From: Adineta vaga
Lineage: Eukaryota > Animalia > Rotifera
Direction: 5' to 3'
DNA length: 64,000 bases
NCBI GenBank assembly: GCA_021613535.1
Contig: CP075492.1
Span: 6,262,001 to 6,326,000 of the forward strand
The position numbers and the translations under genes are program-made. Numbering within the stretch: the first letter of the stretch is position 1; every line of letters begins with the position of its first letter. Below the pieces are notes generated by a model. That model saw only the letters and a list, made by a program, of their open reading frames with translations, was not told the origin of the DNA and did not search any database. This document shows, piece by piece, positions 23,490-36,779 of this stretch.

Positions 23490-26400
23490 TTACAAAAAAA
23501 TACCACAGGTATTTAGAAAAACAGATATTGTTCCAGCAAGCGCATTAGTCGCAACTAGATCTAACAATGTGTCTTTGTTAAAATCACCTGCTACCAGTGA
23601 ATTCGGATCGGTACCAGTTGAAAGACTTTTGAGACGGTCGAAACTTCCATCACCATTACCAAGAAATACACTCACAGTATTTGATACATAATTACTCGCT
23701 GCTAAATCCGCATACGTATCATTGTTCAAATCATATGATATAACAGAATATGGACTAGTATCAACAGAATAGTTTGCAGAATATCGAAAAGTTCCATCTC
23801 CATTTCCTAGTAAAATACTAAGATTATTATCATTTGCATTCGCAACAGCTATATCCAAATAGCTATCTGCATTGAAATAGTTTGTTGCTATGGATATTGG
23901 ATATGCACCAACTTTATATGTTTGTTTCAATGAGAATGTTCCATTACCAGCACCTATCCAAACAGTGATACTACTGTTATCTCGATTAGCCACGATGAGA
24001 TCTGGTATTTTATCTTGATCGAAATTATTTGAAACTAAAGCAGATGGTGCACTTCCCACTGATAAATCAGTGAAACGAACAAAGTATCCATTTCCTTTGC
24101 CTAATAAAATAGTAACACTACCGCTAGCTGTATTCGCTGTTGCAAGATCAAGAATATTATCATTATTGAAATCATTGGATAAGATAAAATCAGGTTGCTG
24201 ATTAATTCGATAGATGAGTGCTCCTTCGAATATTTTATTTCGATCACCATAAACTACGTTAACAGTATTCGCATCTTTATTGACAATGGCAAGATCAGTT
24301 CTACTATCATTATTGAAATCATTTGCGATGATAGAATTAGGTGATTGACCAACTGCATATTCGGAATGAGTCTGAAAAGTACCATTTCCCAAGCCAGTCA
24401 AAAATGTGATTGATTCATCAGCAGAATTGGTAACGACTAGATCAGGTATTTTATCATAGTTGAAATCAGCCGACATGACAGATGTGGGAGAAAGTCCAAC
24501 TGGAAATGATAGTGGCGGTTTGAAAGATCCATTTGTATCACTAAGTAAGATACTGATTGTATTATCGCCTCTGTTAACAACAACTAAGTCTTGATGAGTA
24601 TCATTGTTGAGATCATTTGATGTGACAAAATAGGGTTGTGCACCAACTGTATAGTTGATTGGATTCTGAAAAGATCCATCTCCATTACCAAACAAAACAC
24701 TTGTAGTATTGCTGGCACGATTAGCAATGGCTAAATCGAGTTTGACATCATTGTTGAAATGGCTCGATATGATTGAGATGGGTTCATTACCCACAGGATG
24801 TGTATTTGAATTGTGAAATGTTCCATTTCGATTGCCAAGAAAAATGGTAACAGAATTATTGTCACAACTTGTCACTGCCAGATCCAATAGTTTATCATCG
24901 TTAAAGTCTTTCGATGTGATTGAACAAGGCTTGGAACTAACATCATACGATATAGAAGTGTTAAATGCATTCGTGCGTTTATTAAATAGGATAGTGATGA
25001 TATTACTATCTGGACAGGTTACTGCTACATCTGTAAGATTATCATAATTAAAATCACCAGCAACCAACGATGAGACACTTGCATTAACAGAATAAGAGAT
25101 CTTTTCGCTAAAAACGCCATTTTTGCTTCCGTGAAACACAACAATACTTTGAGAATCATAATTAGTGACCATGAGATCGAGAAGTGTGTCGTTATTAAAA
25201 TCCGCTGTTGTAATAAATCGGGGAGAAGTGTCAGTTGGATAAGTTGGTAATTTGGGAAATGTACCATTACCGAGACCAAGTAAAATACTAACGATATTGT
25301 TACCATAACTTGTGACAGCCATATCTAATATTGTATCATTATTGAAATCATTTGATATAATCGAAGTCGGTCGAGATCCAACTGGATATCTTGGATATGA
25401 AGAAAATGTTCCAAATGGAGACCCAAAAAGTATACTAAGAGTGTTACTTTGACTATTGACAACAACAAGATCAGTGAAGTTATCTGCATTGCAGTAACCC
25501 GATACTACACACAATGGAAGCTCACCAACATTATAAGTGGCTTGTGGTTCGAAAGTGCCATTCCCATAGTTGATCAATACGCTAATCGAACTTTCTCTGT
25601 AGTTGGTGATGGCTAGATCTGTGTTATTATCATTATTGAAATCATCGGCCAGGATGGCACGAGGACCAGTACCGACAGCATATGTTGCTTGATTTTGAAA
25701 GGTACCATTTGCCATACCAAAAAATAAACTAACAGTATCGTCACCAAAGTTAGATACTGCTAGATCCATATAATTATCGTGATTAAAATCATGAGCTGTA
25801 ATGGTATAAGCTTGAGCACCGGTAAGATAGTTAACTGGTGATTGAAAAGATCCGTTTCCATAACCAAACAAGACACTTACAATAGCATAGATATTATTTA
25901 CCACTACTAAATCCATGTTATTATCATTGTTGAAATCATGAACCACCAAACTCGTAAGTCCTTGTTCTGCTTCAACTTGTAACTGTGTGTGAAATGTTCC
26001 ATCTGCGGAGCCAAATAGTATGCTAATGTAAATATCTCCGTTGTTGACCACTGCCAAATCTAGTATGTTGTCATGATTGAAATCGCCTGAGGCAATGGCA
26101 GTTGGTGTGATTCCAACAGAATATATGGCTTGATCTTGAAAAGTACCAAATCCATAGCCAAGTAATACGCTAATTGTTCCGTCTTCCTGATTGACAACTG
26201 CTAAATCTGGCATGCTGTCAGCATTGAAATAATCTGTTACTATAAATACTGGAGTCGTACCAACTGAATACGATTTCTGTGCTTGAAATGTTCCATCACC
26301 ATTACTAAGGAGTACGCTAATATAATTGTCTTGTTGACTAGTGACCACTAGATCGTTCTTTTGATCGTTATTCAAGTCATGAAATATTGCATAATTTGGT

Positions 26401-27937
26401 TGAGTGACTGTCGCCATAGTATATTGAATCTGAAAAATTCCAAAACGGCTCCCAAATAGCACAACTACATCATTGTCTTGTTGATTCAAAACTATGATGT
26501 CTAAATTTGTGTCATTATCGAAATCTCCTAATGTTGTAGCGATTGGATTAAGGCCAGTCGGATATCTATTTGCACTATTTATATACGTTTGTCTGCATCG
26601 TTGTACTAAAAGAAGATATATTCAAAGTTCACACAACATGTGAATTTTGTATGTATTTTCAGATACATACTTTCCATACGATTGCTAGTCGTGTTAGTTC
26701 TTGATCCTAAAACAGCACCAACAACAACACCTACGATAGCCAAAAGTATCAAGAAACAAACTGGAATCGAATAACGTTTCTTATGATACCAAGACTTTCT
26801 AAGAATAGAAAATAATGAAATTAATGAAAGCATGTAAAATCACTTACTTAATCTTTGGAAATACATGTGCACCTAAATATAGACAATAAGAAATGGAATT
26901 GTGATGATAGATGGGTGTGAATTACCTTCGAATGGTGGTTGAAGAAGAACTTCTTCAGGAATAACTTGTTTCAAATGAACAATATGAAGTTGAGGTGCTG
27001 GACTAAACAGTGATTGAACTATCATATGTGTACCAGGAAGAAGAAGAAGTTCATCTTCTGTAACGAAATGTGAATGTTCCCTAACAGTTCGACCATTGAT
27101 TGCTTCAACTGAAAATAAAGTTCGACTTCCACTATTACCCAAATACATGTTGTTTTCCAGTACAGTTAGTTCAGTTGTACAGGAAGAGAATGCCCACCAA
27201 GTGACAGGTGTTCCAGGTGGAAATTCATGACTCAGATCTTTTGTCACACCTCGCCAAACAGTTAATGGTGGAACGCATGGTAATTTGACAAGAGCAGTGA
27301 TAAATAATTTCATATATTTGAAGTAAGGTCGAAGTTTTTCACGAGGTTGAGTTTTGAGAGTATAATTAAGCATGGAATAAAGACTTCGATGTGGTTTATC
27401 CCATTCGATGGTATATAATCGAATGGCAGCACTTTCATCAATAGTAAGATTACCTGGTGGTTCTTGAGGTGTTTCTTGTAGTGCAAGATCTACATAGAAT
27501 GATAGATTGTGTAGAATATCATCGAGAGGAGCACATGCTTCCGCAAGTGGTAAGATGGGTTCATCAGCATATTCGATGAGAGGTTCTGTTGGTTCAATTT
27601 CATCTGGAGTAGTGGTAGTTGAATGGTTTTGTTGTGCAGTCTCATTGGATTCTACCATTCTTTGGTTTCTTTGTCTCGATTCGTCAATAGCATCACTTGC
27701 GTGTCGTATCGGTAAAGATTGTGTGACAACTTCGTTTTCAGTAAGTTTGTCGTTGTGATTGAAGTTTTGATATGGTATGTTTGGTATATGTGATGGATCA
27801 TTGATGATTTTGATTGATCTCTTCTCAGGATTTCGACGATAGTACATGGTGTCATCACTAACTCCAATGGATGTTAGTTCAGTTTGTATGCGAATATTTT
27901 TCATTTTAACCATGCTTTTCTGCTGATCATAATTCAT
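23490..27937 (-). CDS. Type II membrane ART-TM-FG-GAP x21 protein (copy B, about 1426 aa)
   Basis: Exons 27937-26926, 26872-26848, 26798-26671, 26605-23490 join in frame (4281 nt); ART domain identical in amino acid sequence to copy A. Confidence 0.9.
23639..27812 (-). repeat. Right arm of large inverted repeat; pairs with 12925-17098
   Basis: Reverse-complement identity with the left arm. Confidence 0.95.
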
Positions 27938-29677
27938 GATTTATTGTTTGTTTTATTGATCTTTATCTATTTTTTAACACTATCTAAACACTATTACTTG
28001 TTAATACTATGATCATCCATATACATACATAGTGTAACTCAAAAGAAATGATTGTATTAACACGGACTACGTGAGCTTTAATAATCTAAGTGATCAGTTA
28101 AGTTTTTAGGTTTCACTTTTTTGCATGTTTTACAATATGAAATTTTTTTTTTCTCTGAAAAATAAAAAATTAGTTCTTACCACTTTAGTATTTTCTTTCG
28201 GTTATCGTGTATCAAATTGCCTTCTGTTAATTTGCTCGAAGAATAGTTACATACAGTCATAATCACTTCTACTGAATACTTATCTGATTAAAATTACTTA
28301 CTACATCAATCGCGATGAATAATAATAAAGAGAGAGTAACATTTGCAATGAATAAATTCAGCAAATGGTTATGTAAATGACATAATAAATGGTATCAATC
28401 GATTTGAAATATACTTTAATATATATTTCTAAGCACGGTGATCATTCATGTATGACTGTTGTTTGTCAGTTTTATTCAAAAATAAAAGATCAGATATCAG
28501 TAAAAAGGTCATGCGTTGTCACGTCTCGTGTATTTAATGAGTTGTGTGACTCATCACGAAATTACAGAAAATCGATCAATACCAATTATTCAGTGCATTT
28601 AACTTAGCAAAATAAATGAATATGTAGAATAAATGAGTATTTGATAGTTTTGTTTTCTTTCTGTCATTTTGTATTCACTATATGCATATTAGATTCTTGT
28701 TTACATGACTAGAACGATACAAACGATATATTTATGATCATTATTTATACTGACTTCTGTGAACACTGTTCAATTAAATATCAGTATTCGTAATGGTAAC
28801 AATCAACAATATTTTCAATATTTGTTAACGCTGATTGTATGGTGGATAGCATATTTAATTAAAAAAATCTTAATCAAAGTTGTTTTCTCTTGTCTAAATT
28901 ATCGAGTTACAATAAATACTTCGTTTTCAACTTTTCTACATTTATACATATCTATTAGACACAGCAAACTTTTCATTCAAAAGAGAAATCAATCGATAAA
29001 TTAGATGTTGAGGTATTGGATAACGTTATAAATTTTCTGCATATATAGCAAATATTATTAAGAGAGATGCTAATATTGACAAACCGAATGTTCAATTAGA
29101 AGTTCGAACAGCAACGAGTGACTGCAAACGATATTCCTGGAAATAATATGAAGATTTAGAGAAAATATGATGTCTCTTTTATTGCAGAAACTTATTCAGT
29201 TTTCTTATTAATAACATTATATGCTGAAATTCTTTCCGGAAATGATATGTCAATAGATGATAATGAATCATATATCTATTCAAGTGAATCCGAAATAAAC
29301 GGTTTATCGGATTAGTCGATTATTTATTTTTCAAATGAAATATAATCATAAATCTGATTCTGTTCTAGTAATATACTAAATTGTAAATCTAAAACTTTTC
29401 AGACATCATAAGCTAAATCACAATATACATCTGTACATTACTAATTTTGTTATTTTTCTTTAGATAACAATGAACGACCACTTCGCTTAATTATATTTAA
29501 TTCGACTGCAGACTTTTGTTTCGTGCTCATCAGATTAGTATACATAATTTTTTCTTCAATAGACACTTTCGATTTATCTATATCTTCTCTCATTTCTAAA
29601 ATATAATATTCATTGAAATTCATCATTCGTTCATAGATGTAACGAATCAATAAGAACAACAGAAAAAGAAACTTCAA

Positions 29678-29890
29678 ATGAGTTCATATACTTGAGTTAC
29701 TACACATTTTTTATTTTGTCATTCAATTCATTGTAATGTTGCTAAAAGTTTATGTGCTTTGCTTCAACCATGTCGAAATAATAGCACTTGTTCTGATACT
29801 TTATGTGAGAGTTATGAATGTTTTTGTCCAACCGATTTCATTGGTACATATAAAACAACATTAGATGGAAAATTTCAATGTATGTGTTGA
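29678..29890 (+). pseudogene. Degraded EGF-repeat gene fragment
   Basis: Frame reads MSSYT*...HCNVAKSLCALLQPCRNNSTCSDTLCESYECFCPTDFIGTYKTTLDGKFQCMC*: EGF cysteine spacing, an in-frame stop and an apparent internal deletion. Confidence 0.55.
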
Positions 29891-30330
29891 AATCGTTCGG
29901 TTACGCAGCTCTTATCGCTTTGATATTTTTGTAGTTATCATGGATATTCTCAACATATTGTTTTAGTATTGATTTCGTACGTGAAGAACAAGAGAGAATA
30001 CGACGAGATAAGCGAAGAAAATAACGACAAATTCCATTTAATAAATATTATTCATTGAATAACTCCGATGTTCTAGTTTTAGTGTGATAAGTTACTCCAA
30101 AATGTTTTTCAAAGTTGCACACAAAAAATATCTCTATTTTTGTTGGTTTTTTTTCAAGCAAATAAAACTTTATCTTGTGAATGATCCATAGAGATATGTT
30201 GTGTAATAAAAACGGTGCGCACAACGAGAGAAGACGAATATTTTTTACATTTCTTATTTCGGTTGAAAAAGCAAATAAATAACATTTATAAAAAAAACAG
30301 TAATCAGACAATCTCTCAACTTCTTCAGGC

Positions 30331-31555
30331 ATGGACAACGATGGTATAGATCGTAATCGTATCAACAATAATCATGAAGGTTTAGATGGCCTATGTTGTC
30401 AGATTTGTCAAGGTATTTTGTGGAAACCTCGATCATGCGGATCATGTCAACATATCTTTTGTCAGAAATGTATCTCAAAATGACTTGCAGATCCAATTAG
30501 TAATGGGAAATGTCCATTTCGATGTCAAATGTATGAAGATCGTCGATGTCCACCTTCTATTCATTCTTTTTTTATCTCGTTTACAAATTTGTTGTCGAAA
30601 TGCTTCATTCGGCTGTAGTCACGTTCTATCTTATGATTTATTAGAACAACATAAAACAAACGAATGTAATTATCGAACTAAAACATGTCCAGAATGTGAC
30701 AAATTAGTGCTTGTATCTGAATTTGATAAACATTGTCAATTTACTGGTTTGTGTATTCCGCTACCAGTGACTTGTAAATTTTGTCAGAATTCTATTGAAA
30801 AATTTCGTTTTCCATTTCATTTTCATAGATGTTTTTGAAAGAGAATGGATGGATTGTTAAAAGTGCCTGTTGGAGTGAATCATCTGAATGGTGTAAGAAT
30901 TCTACAAATATTTCTTTACAACTGGTTGAATATGGAAAATTTACTTGCAAGACAAAGAGAATTAGGTCCTGTACCCACAACATTGACTGGCGTTGATACC
31001 GTCACCAGAGCGCGAGAACAAAGATGTGGGTTTTTATATCATATCTTAATGATGTTAACATTCATTTTGGCTAATGCATCAAAAGCTCCTTGTTTTTTAT
31101 TCATGTTTTCTGCAATAGGTTTTACTACTTGTGTGCAGTTATTTCTCATTGCATATCGTGCCATTGTCTTTTGGCTTGGTTTTCGGCTGTATTTGGGAAT
31201 CTGGTTACTCATGTTATTCAGTTATATCTGTGTTCAAGGAATACTGTTTTTCTTTCAAACGATATCTGATTTAACAATCATTTTTTTCTTTACAATCATT
31301 GTATTTCTCAGTGGTTGTTCTCTTCGAATATCGATTGAAATGTTCGAAGTCAATCCGATGTTTGATATTTCATCAAAATTCGCTTTTGTTCTCTGCTGTA
31401 CTGGTTTAGTAATTATGAAACTAATCTTATTGCTTTGTCGATTTTACTTCCGGATTATTTCAATATATTTTACAATGGGTTTCTTTGCCTGGTGGAATTT
31501 CTATGTCAATTTTCGATTTAGACATGCTTCACAATGTCCTGTAAATACAACATAG
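30331..31555 (+). pseudogene. RING (C3HC4) + TRAF/Sina-type zinc finger + multi-TM tail; disabled
   Basis: MDNDGIDRNRI...CQICQGILWKPRSCGSCQHIFCQKCISK*L...CPFRC. TGA at 30481 (Trp expected), +1 frameshift in the T7 run 30567-30573, second in-frame TGA at 30836, then a hydrophobic 236-aa ORF in the same frame. Confidence 0.8.
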
Positions 31556-31985
31556 CAAAACTCACTCTTTTGTTCTCTTTAATTGTCATGCAAATGTTAT
31601 CGAATAAATATAATTATAATTGAAGAAAAACATTCTCTACATCAATTAATGAACTCTGTCGATCGTATTCGCTTTCCTGGTTTTAAAAAAATATATCAAT
31701 GTTTCTCTATGATTATGTCAAGTATTTAGTCCTTTATTCGATTGTATCATAAATAAAGAGTCACTTAACTACTATTATATATTTACGTTTAGATGAGGTG
31801 TAGATCAAGATACATCAAAAGGGTTTTTTTCTTTCTATTCTGCCATCTAGTCATATAATACAATTTCTAACCAATCATGTTATTTAGTTTTATCCAAGCA
31901 TGTTTTTTTTTTAAATATGCTTCATCGATTATTTTCATCGAGCATTGGGGACGAATAAACCTTGCAGATTATTGATATTTTAGAT

Positions 31986-34863
31986 ATGCCTCGTGGTTTT
32001 AATCGTCGCTTGATTCAATATGGATTTCTTCTATCTACATCGGCAATTGGTACTAGTTATTTTGGTCAATATTTCCTTCAGGTTACAAAGAAATTTATTG
32101 AGGTTTTATTTTAAACTTATTCTACGTTTTAGAAAAATAAATTAAATGCTTCTGAACCCTCATTACATAAACCTGAAGTATGGATTGAGAATTTACCAAC
32201 GCGTGAAGCTCAAATTGAAATAATGTCAAAAGAACCAGAATATGATATTGTTGTTATTGGTGGTGGAGCAACTGGCTGTGGAGTAGCAGTCGATGCAGCG
32301 AGCCGTGGTATGTTTAATGTGTGATTTTGCTCTTCTATTTATCTATCAATATTCAAATCTCGTCAGGTCTGAAAGTTGCGTTAGTAGAAAAATATGATTT
32401 CAGTAGTGGAACATCATCTCGGTCAACAAAGTTGATTCACGGTGGAGTGAGATATTTACAAAAAGCGATCATGCAATTCGATCGTGAACAAGTATTTTTA
32501 TAATTGTCAAAAATAAACTTTGATCACATCATTGTTTTCTGTGAAAATTTAGTATCATATGGTGAAGGAAGCATTGTATGAACGTGGTAATCTTTTGAAA
32601 ATAGCTCCACATCTATCCTATCCATTACCAATAATGTTACCTGTCTATAAGTATGTATCAATAATACTATAAAATAGTTGATTTTTCTCTTAAATATTGA
32701 TGCAGATGGTATTTATTACCTTATTATTATGCTGGTATCAAAGCATATGATTTCGTTTCTGGTCGACAATTACTTCGATGGTCTTATTTGATATCGAAAA
32801 GAAAAGCCTTAGAATTGTTTCCGATGTTAAAGAAAGAGAAATTAGTCGGTGCTATTGTCTATTATGATGGACAACATAATGATGCACGAATGAATATAGC
32901 ATTGGCGTTTACAGCAGCACGTATGGGTGCGAATGTAGCAAATCATTGTGTTGTAACAGATTTGATACATGAAGATATACGAATAGAAAATGGTCAAGGA
33001 CAGCCTGAGATGAAAAAAGTAATTCGTGGTGTGAAATGTTTCGATCAATATCAAAGTGCGATGAAAAGATAGATTTACAATTGTTTAAACTATGCTAAGC
33101 TTTTTTCCCTAGAAAGAGCATTTACTATTCGAACAAAATGTGTTGTTAATGCGACAGGACCTTATACTGATGCGATTCGTCAATTAGATGATCCATCCTT
33201 ACCAAAAATTTGTCAACCATCAGCTGGTGTTCATGTTGTTCTACCCGATTATTATAGTCCAACAAATATGGGTCTTCTCGATCCAAATACATCAGATGGA
33301 CGTGTAATCTTTTTCTTACCTTGGCAAAAACATACTATGGCTGGTGTGTAATCGATTCGTAAAGCAAAACTATTTTATGACTTTTATTAAATATCTTCAC
33401 ATAGGTACAACGGATACGCCCTGTGGTGTCACTGATGATCCATCACCGTCCAATGATGATGTTGATTTTATATTAGGTGAAGTGAAAAACTATCTTTCAT
33501 CTGATGTTCAAGTACGTCGTGGTGATATTCTCTCAGCATGGTCAGGTATTCGACCATTGGTTTTGAATCCAAATAAAAAAGATACACAATCGATTGCACG
33601 TAATCATATTATTCATGTTAGTGATTCAGGTTTAGTAACCATTGGAGGTAAAAATCGTCTTATGTGTTGTAATTTAAAGAAAAAAGTTTTGAAATGAATA
33701 TTTTCTACTTGCTTTGCCAGAACATTCGTTAGATATGTTTTACCAAACTTATTTTTTTACATTAGGAGGAAAATGGACAACGTATCGACAAATGGCTGAA
33801 GAAACGGTTGATCATTGTATTCAATCAGCCAAACTAAAAGCTAAAAATGGTTGTGTAACAAAAGGTTTAGTTCTTTATGGTGGAGAAAAATGGACGCCAA
33901 CATCATATATTCGTCTTGTTCAAGATTATGGTCTCGATACTGAGGTTAACAATAATATAATTTATATATAAATCACCAAAAAAAGAATTCTTCATAGGTT
34001 GCTATACATCTTTCTCATACGTACGGTGATCAAGCAAGTAAAGTTGCTGATCTATCTTCATTAACTGGTAAACGATGGCCAGTAATTGGTAAACGTATTC
34101 ACCGAGAATTTCCGTATATTGAAGCAGAAATAAGTTTTGCAATAAACGAATATGCTCGTACAGCTGTTGATGTACTTGCTCGACGTACTCGTCTTTCATT
34201 TTTAAATGTCATAGCGGCCGAAGAAGCTCTTCCTCAAATTATTCAAATTATGGCCAAAGAATTACAATGGAGTGAACAAAAACAAAAAGTTCGTAAAGCG
34301 AAAAGAAAAAAATATGTTTTCGTTTGTGATATTTTGTTTTGATTATTAGGAAGAAATAGATGGTGCGAAAATATTTTTATTGCGTGAAATGGGTCTTAAT
34401 TTAAAACGAGATATGCGTCGAAATGTACCGATTAATTTAACACGTGAAGAAATGAGTTATTATATGAAATATTTTCGTCAAATTGATATTGGAAATAAAG
34501 GATTTTGTTCGCTTACTGATTTAAAACGATATTTACAAGTAGAGAAGAAAAGAAAAACAAATCATATTTTATTTTGTTTTGCTATATAGTTATCAAATAG
34601 TGAAATAACAGAAGATGAACTTCGAATATTGATGCGTGAAATTGATCAAAATCAAAATGGAATTATTGAAACTGAAGAATTTCTTCAAGTAAAATAATTT
34701 TCTTTTCCTTTTTTGATCTATTCTTCACTCTCAAAATGTTCTTATTTAGTTAATGAGTGCAATTAAATCAGGTACAATATCAACAAGTCATTTTGCTAAA
34801 GCGACTGGCATTGAAACAATCAAAAATTATCCATCGCCGGAACGTAGTGGTGGTGGAATTTAA
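31986..34863 (+). CDS. GPD2: Mitochondrial FAD-dependent glycerol-3-phosphate dehydrogenase with C-terminal EF-hands; multi-exon
   Basis: [61 protein letters not shown]-hand DQNQNGIIE, ends ERSGGGI*. Confidence 0.95.
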
Positions 34864-36779
34864 ATAGAATCAAATTTTATACACGTTTAGTTCTTGTTTT
34901 CTTTTCTATGTAATTATCATTTTTTTTTGTTTTCTTTTTTACTCGCCAATGAAACAACGTCAATGGGAAACACCTACATAAACCCACACATCCAACTTTA
35001 TTCAATCAATCAAACGCTGTCCTATGACAAAGAAAAAAAAACGTTTCATATAAATATTCGATGCACTCATTCACACATGACTTTCCAGATGTTGTTATGA
35101 TGTCAATTTTCGATGCTTGTCAAGACAAAAACCATAGATTCTTAGTTTATACTTCTTTTTCTTTTATCCTTTTCAATATTATTTTCAGTAATCTACCAGG
35201 AACACTGCCTTTTCTTTTCTTTTTTCTTCTACCTGTGCCACCATTTCCCATAAAAATGATATATTCTTTACTCAGTGAAAGATACTTATAGGCAAGAAGA
35301 CATCATTAAAAAAAGAAGAAGAAGAAGAAATAAGTAAGCTGTATTCTTGTCTTTCGCCTAGATGCGTGTCATATTCAGAAAATGTTGAGAGCATCAATGA
35401 ATGTAAAGATGTATGTAGTTGTCTTCCTATTCCTGGAATCATTTAAGTACTTATTGAAGAGATGAGACCACGTGCTAAGAACAGATGAATGACACGTTAG
35501 AATCTATCTTTGAAGTAGTAGCGGTAGCAGCTTGTTTCAATGTTTCATGTTGTCTATCATCACTAAGATATAACAAGGCAGGCAAATTAAGCGTTACTCA
35601 AGGAGAGGAAAAAAAGGAAAGAAGAGAGAAAAAACTACAAACTGGGTCGATGAAAAAAAGAACGAGAAGAAAAAAGGGTTAAAGTGAGAGAGAATCTGGC
35701 CATTATAGGGTGCGTTGAAAGAACGAAAGCAATAGTCGTCGACGTCGCTTTAGCATCAATAACAAGCGTTTCTCGTTTTTCTTTTTTCGAAAAAAAATAT
35801 ATATATATAAAAAAAAGTCGCGACGGACTGGTCTCTGTTGTGCTGCCAAGACTGCGTCATTGTCTTTTTGTTTCAAAGCGAGAGGAAGAAGAAGAAGAAG
35901 AAGAAGAAGAAAATCTCAGAACAAACGCGCGCACACACACACATACATACACAGTATACGCACACGTACATAAGTTCGTCATCATCATCCTGTGTTGGTT
36001 TAGACAAATAAACAACGTATCGTTTGTTTGTCATCACTTGTTTGCTTCACTCTTTTTCTTCACTCTCTCTCTCTCTCTTTCTTTCTTACACTATTACCAT
36101 TAATTGAGATAAAAAAACAACAGAAGCAAAATAACCTACACACTCTTTCAAGTAAGTCACACATTTATTTATATATATTTATATCTAATAAAAGGTTGGT
36201 AGGTTTTATTTTTGTATTTAATGTAGAGAGAAGGGAAAAGTTTGATGAAAATATTTACTCGTGTCAATTGACGGTAATTTAATAAAAAATTCAAGATGAT
36301 TTTTTAATCTAAAACTATTTCGATGTATTTGATCAAGCATTAAATAATTGAAATCTATTTTATTTGTAGAAAGCTTCCAAATGATAAGGATGAAAGGAAC
36401 TATGCTTGACTGACGTTCATAGAATAACAAGATCTGTTTGATGTATTTTAGATTTTAGCCAAAAAAGAAACGACTATGCGCACGGATAGATTCTTTTTCA
36501 ACGCTAGTTGATTCAAAGCAAAATGATTACGCATTAAACAATGAAATAAAAAATTTTTTACGGGAGAAATCTCGAGAAAATGAACCTAAATATATATATA
36601 TATATGTGATCTTTTCCTTCTAAATACAGACATATATTTGTCTTCTTCATTTGTACTCATACATGATTCAGTTAGTTGAAAGAGTGAGATATAGTCTTTC
36701 ATACAAATCAATTCTATTCGTAAACTTTTTTCGATTCCATACATATATTTGTATATATATTTAGTTTTGACATTTTAGA

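Noticed and set aside
12719-27937. Bacterial contamination or a large transposon with giant TIRs
   Set aside because: The genes carry spliceosomal introns and match host composition; no transposase or target-site duplication is seen; the arms coincide with gene bodies.
30481-30838. TGA recoding (Trp or Sec) in the RING gene
   Set aside because: Other genes here use TGA as a stop (e.g. 7872, 17241, 46795) and the gene also has a frameshift, so pseudogenisation is simpler.
34894-36430. Several 65-139 aa ORFs upstream of MEF2
   Set aside because: Low-complexity UTR, promoter and intron sequence (GAA, CA and CT repeats); no coding signature.
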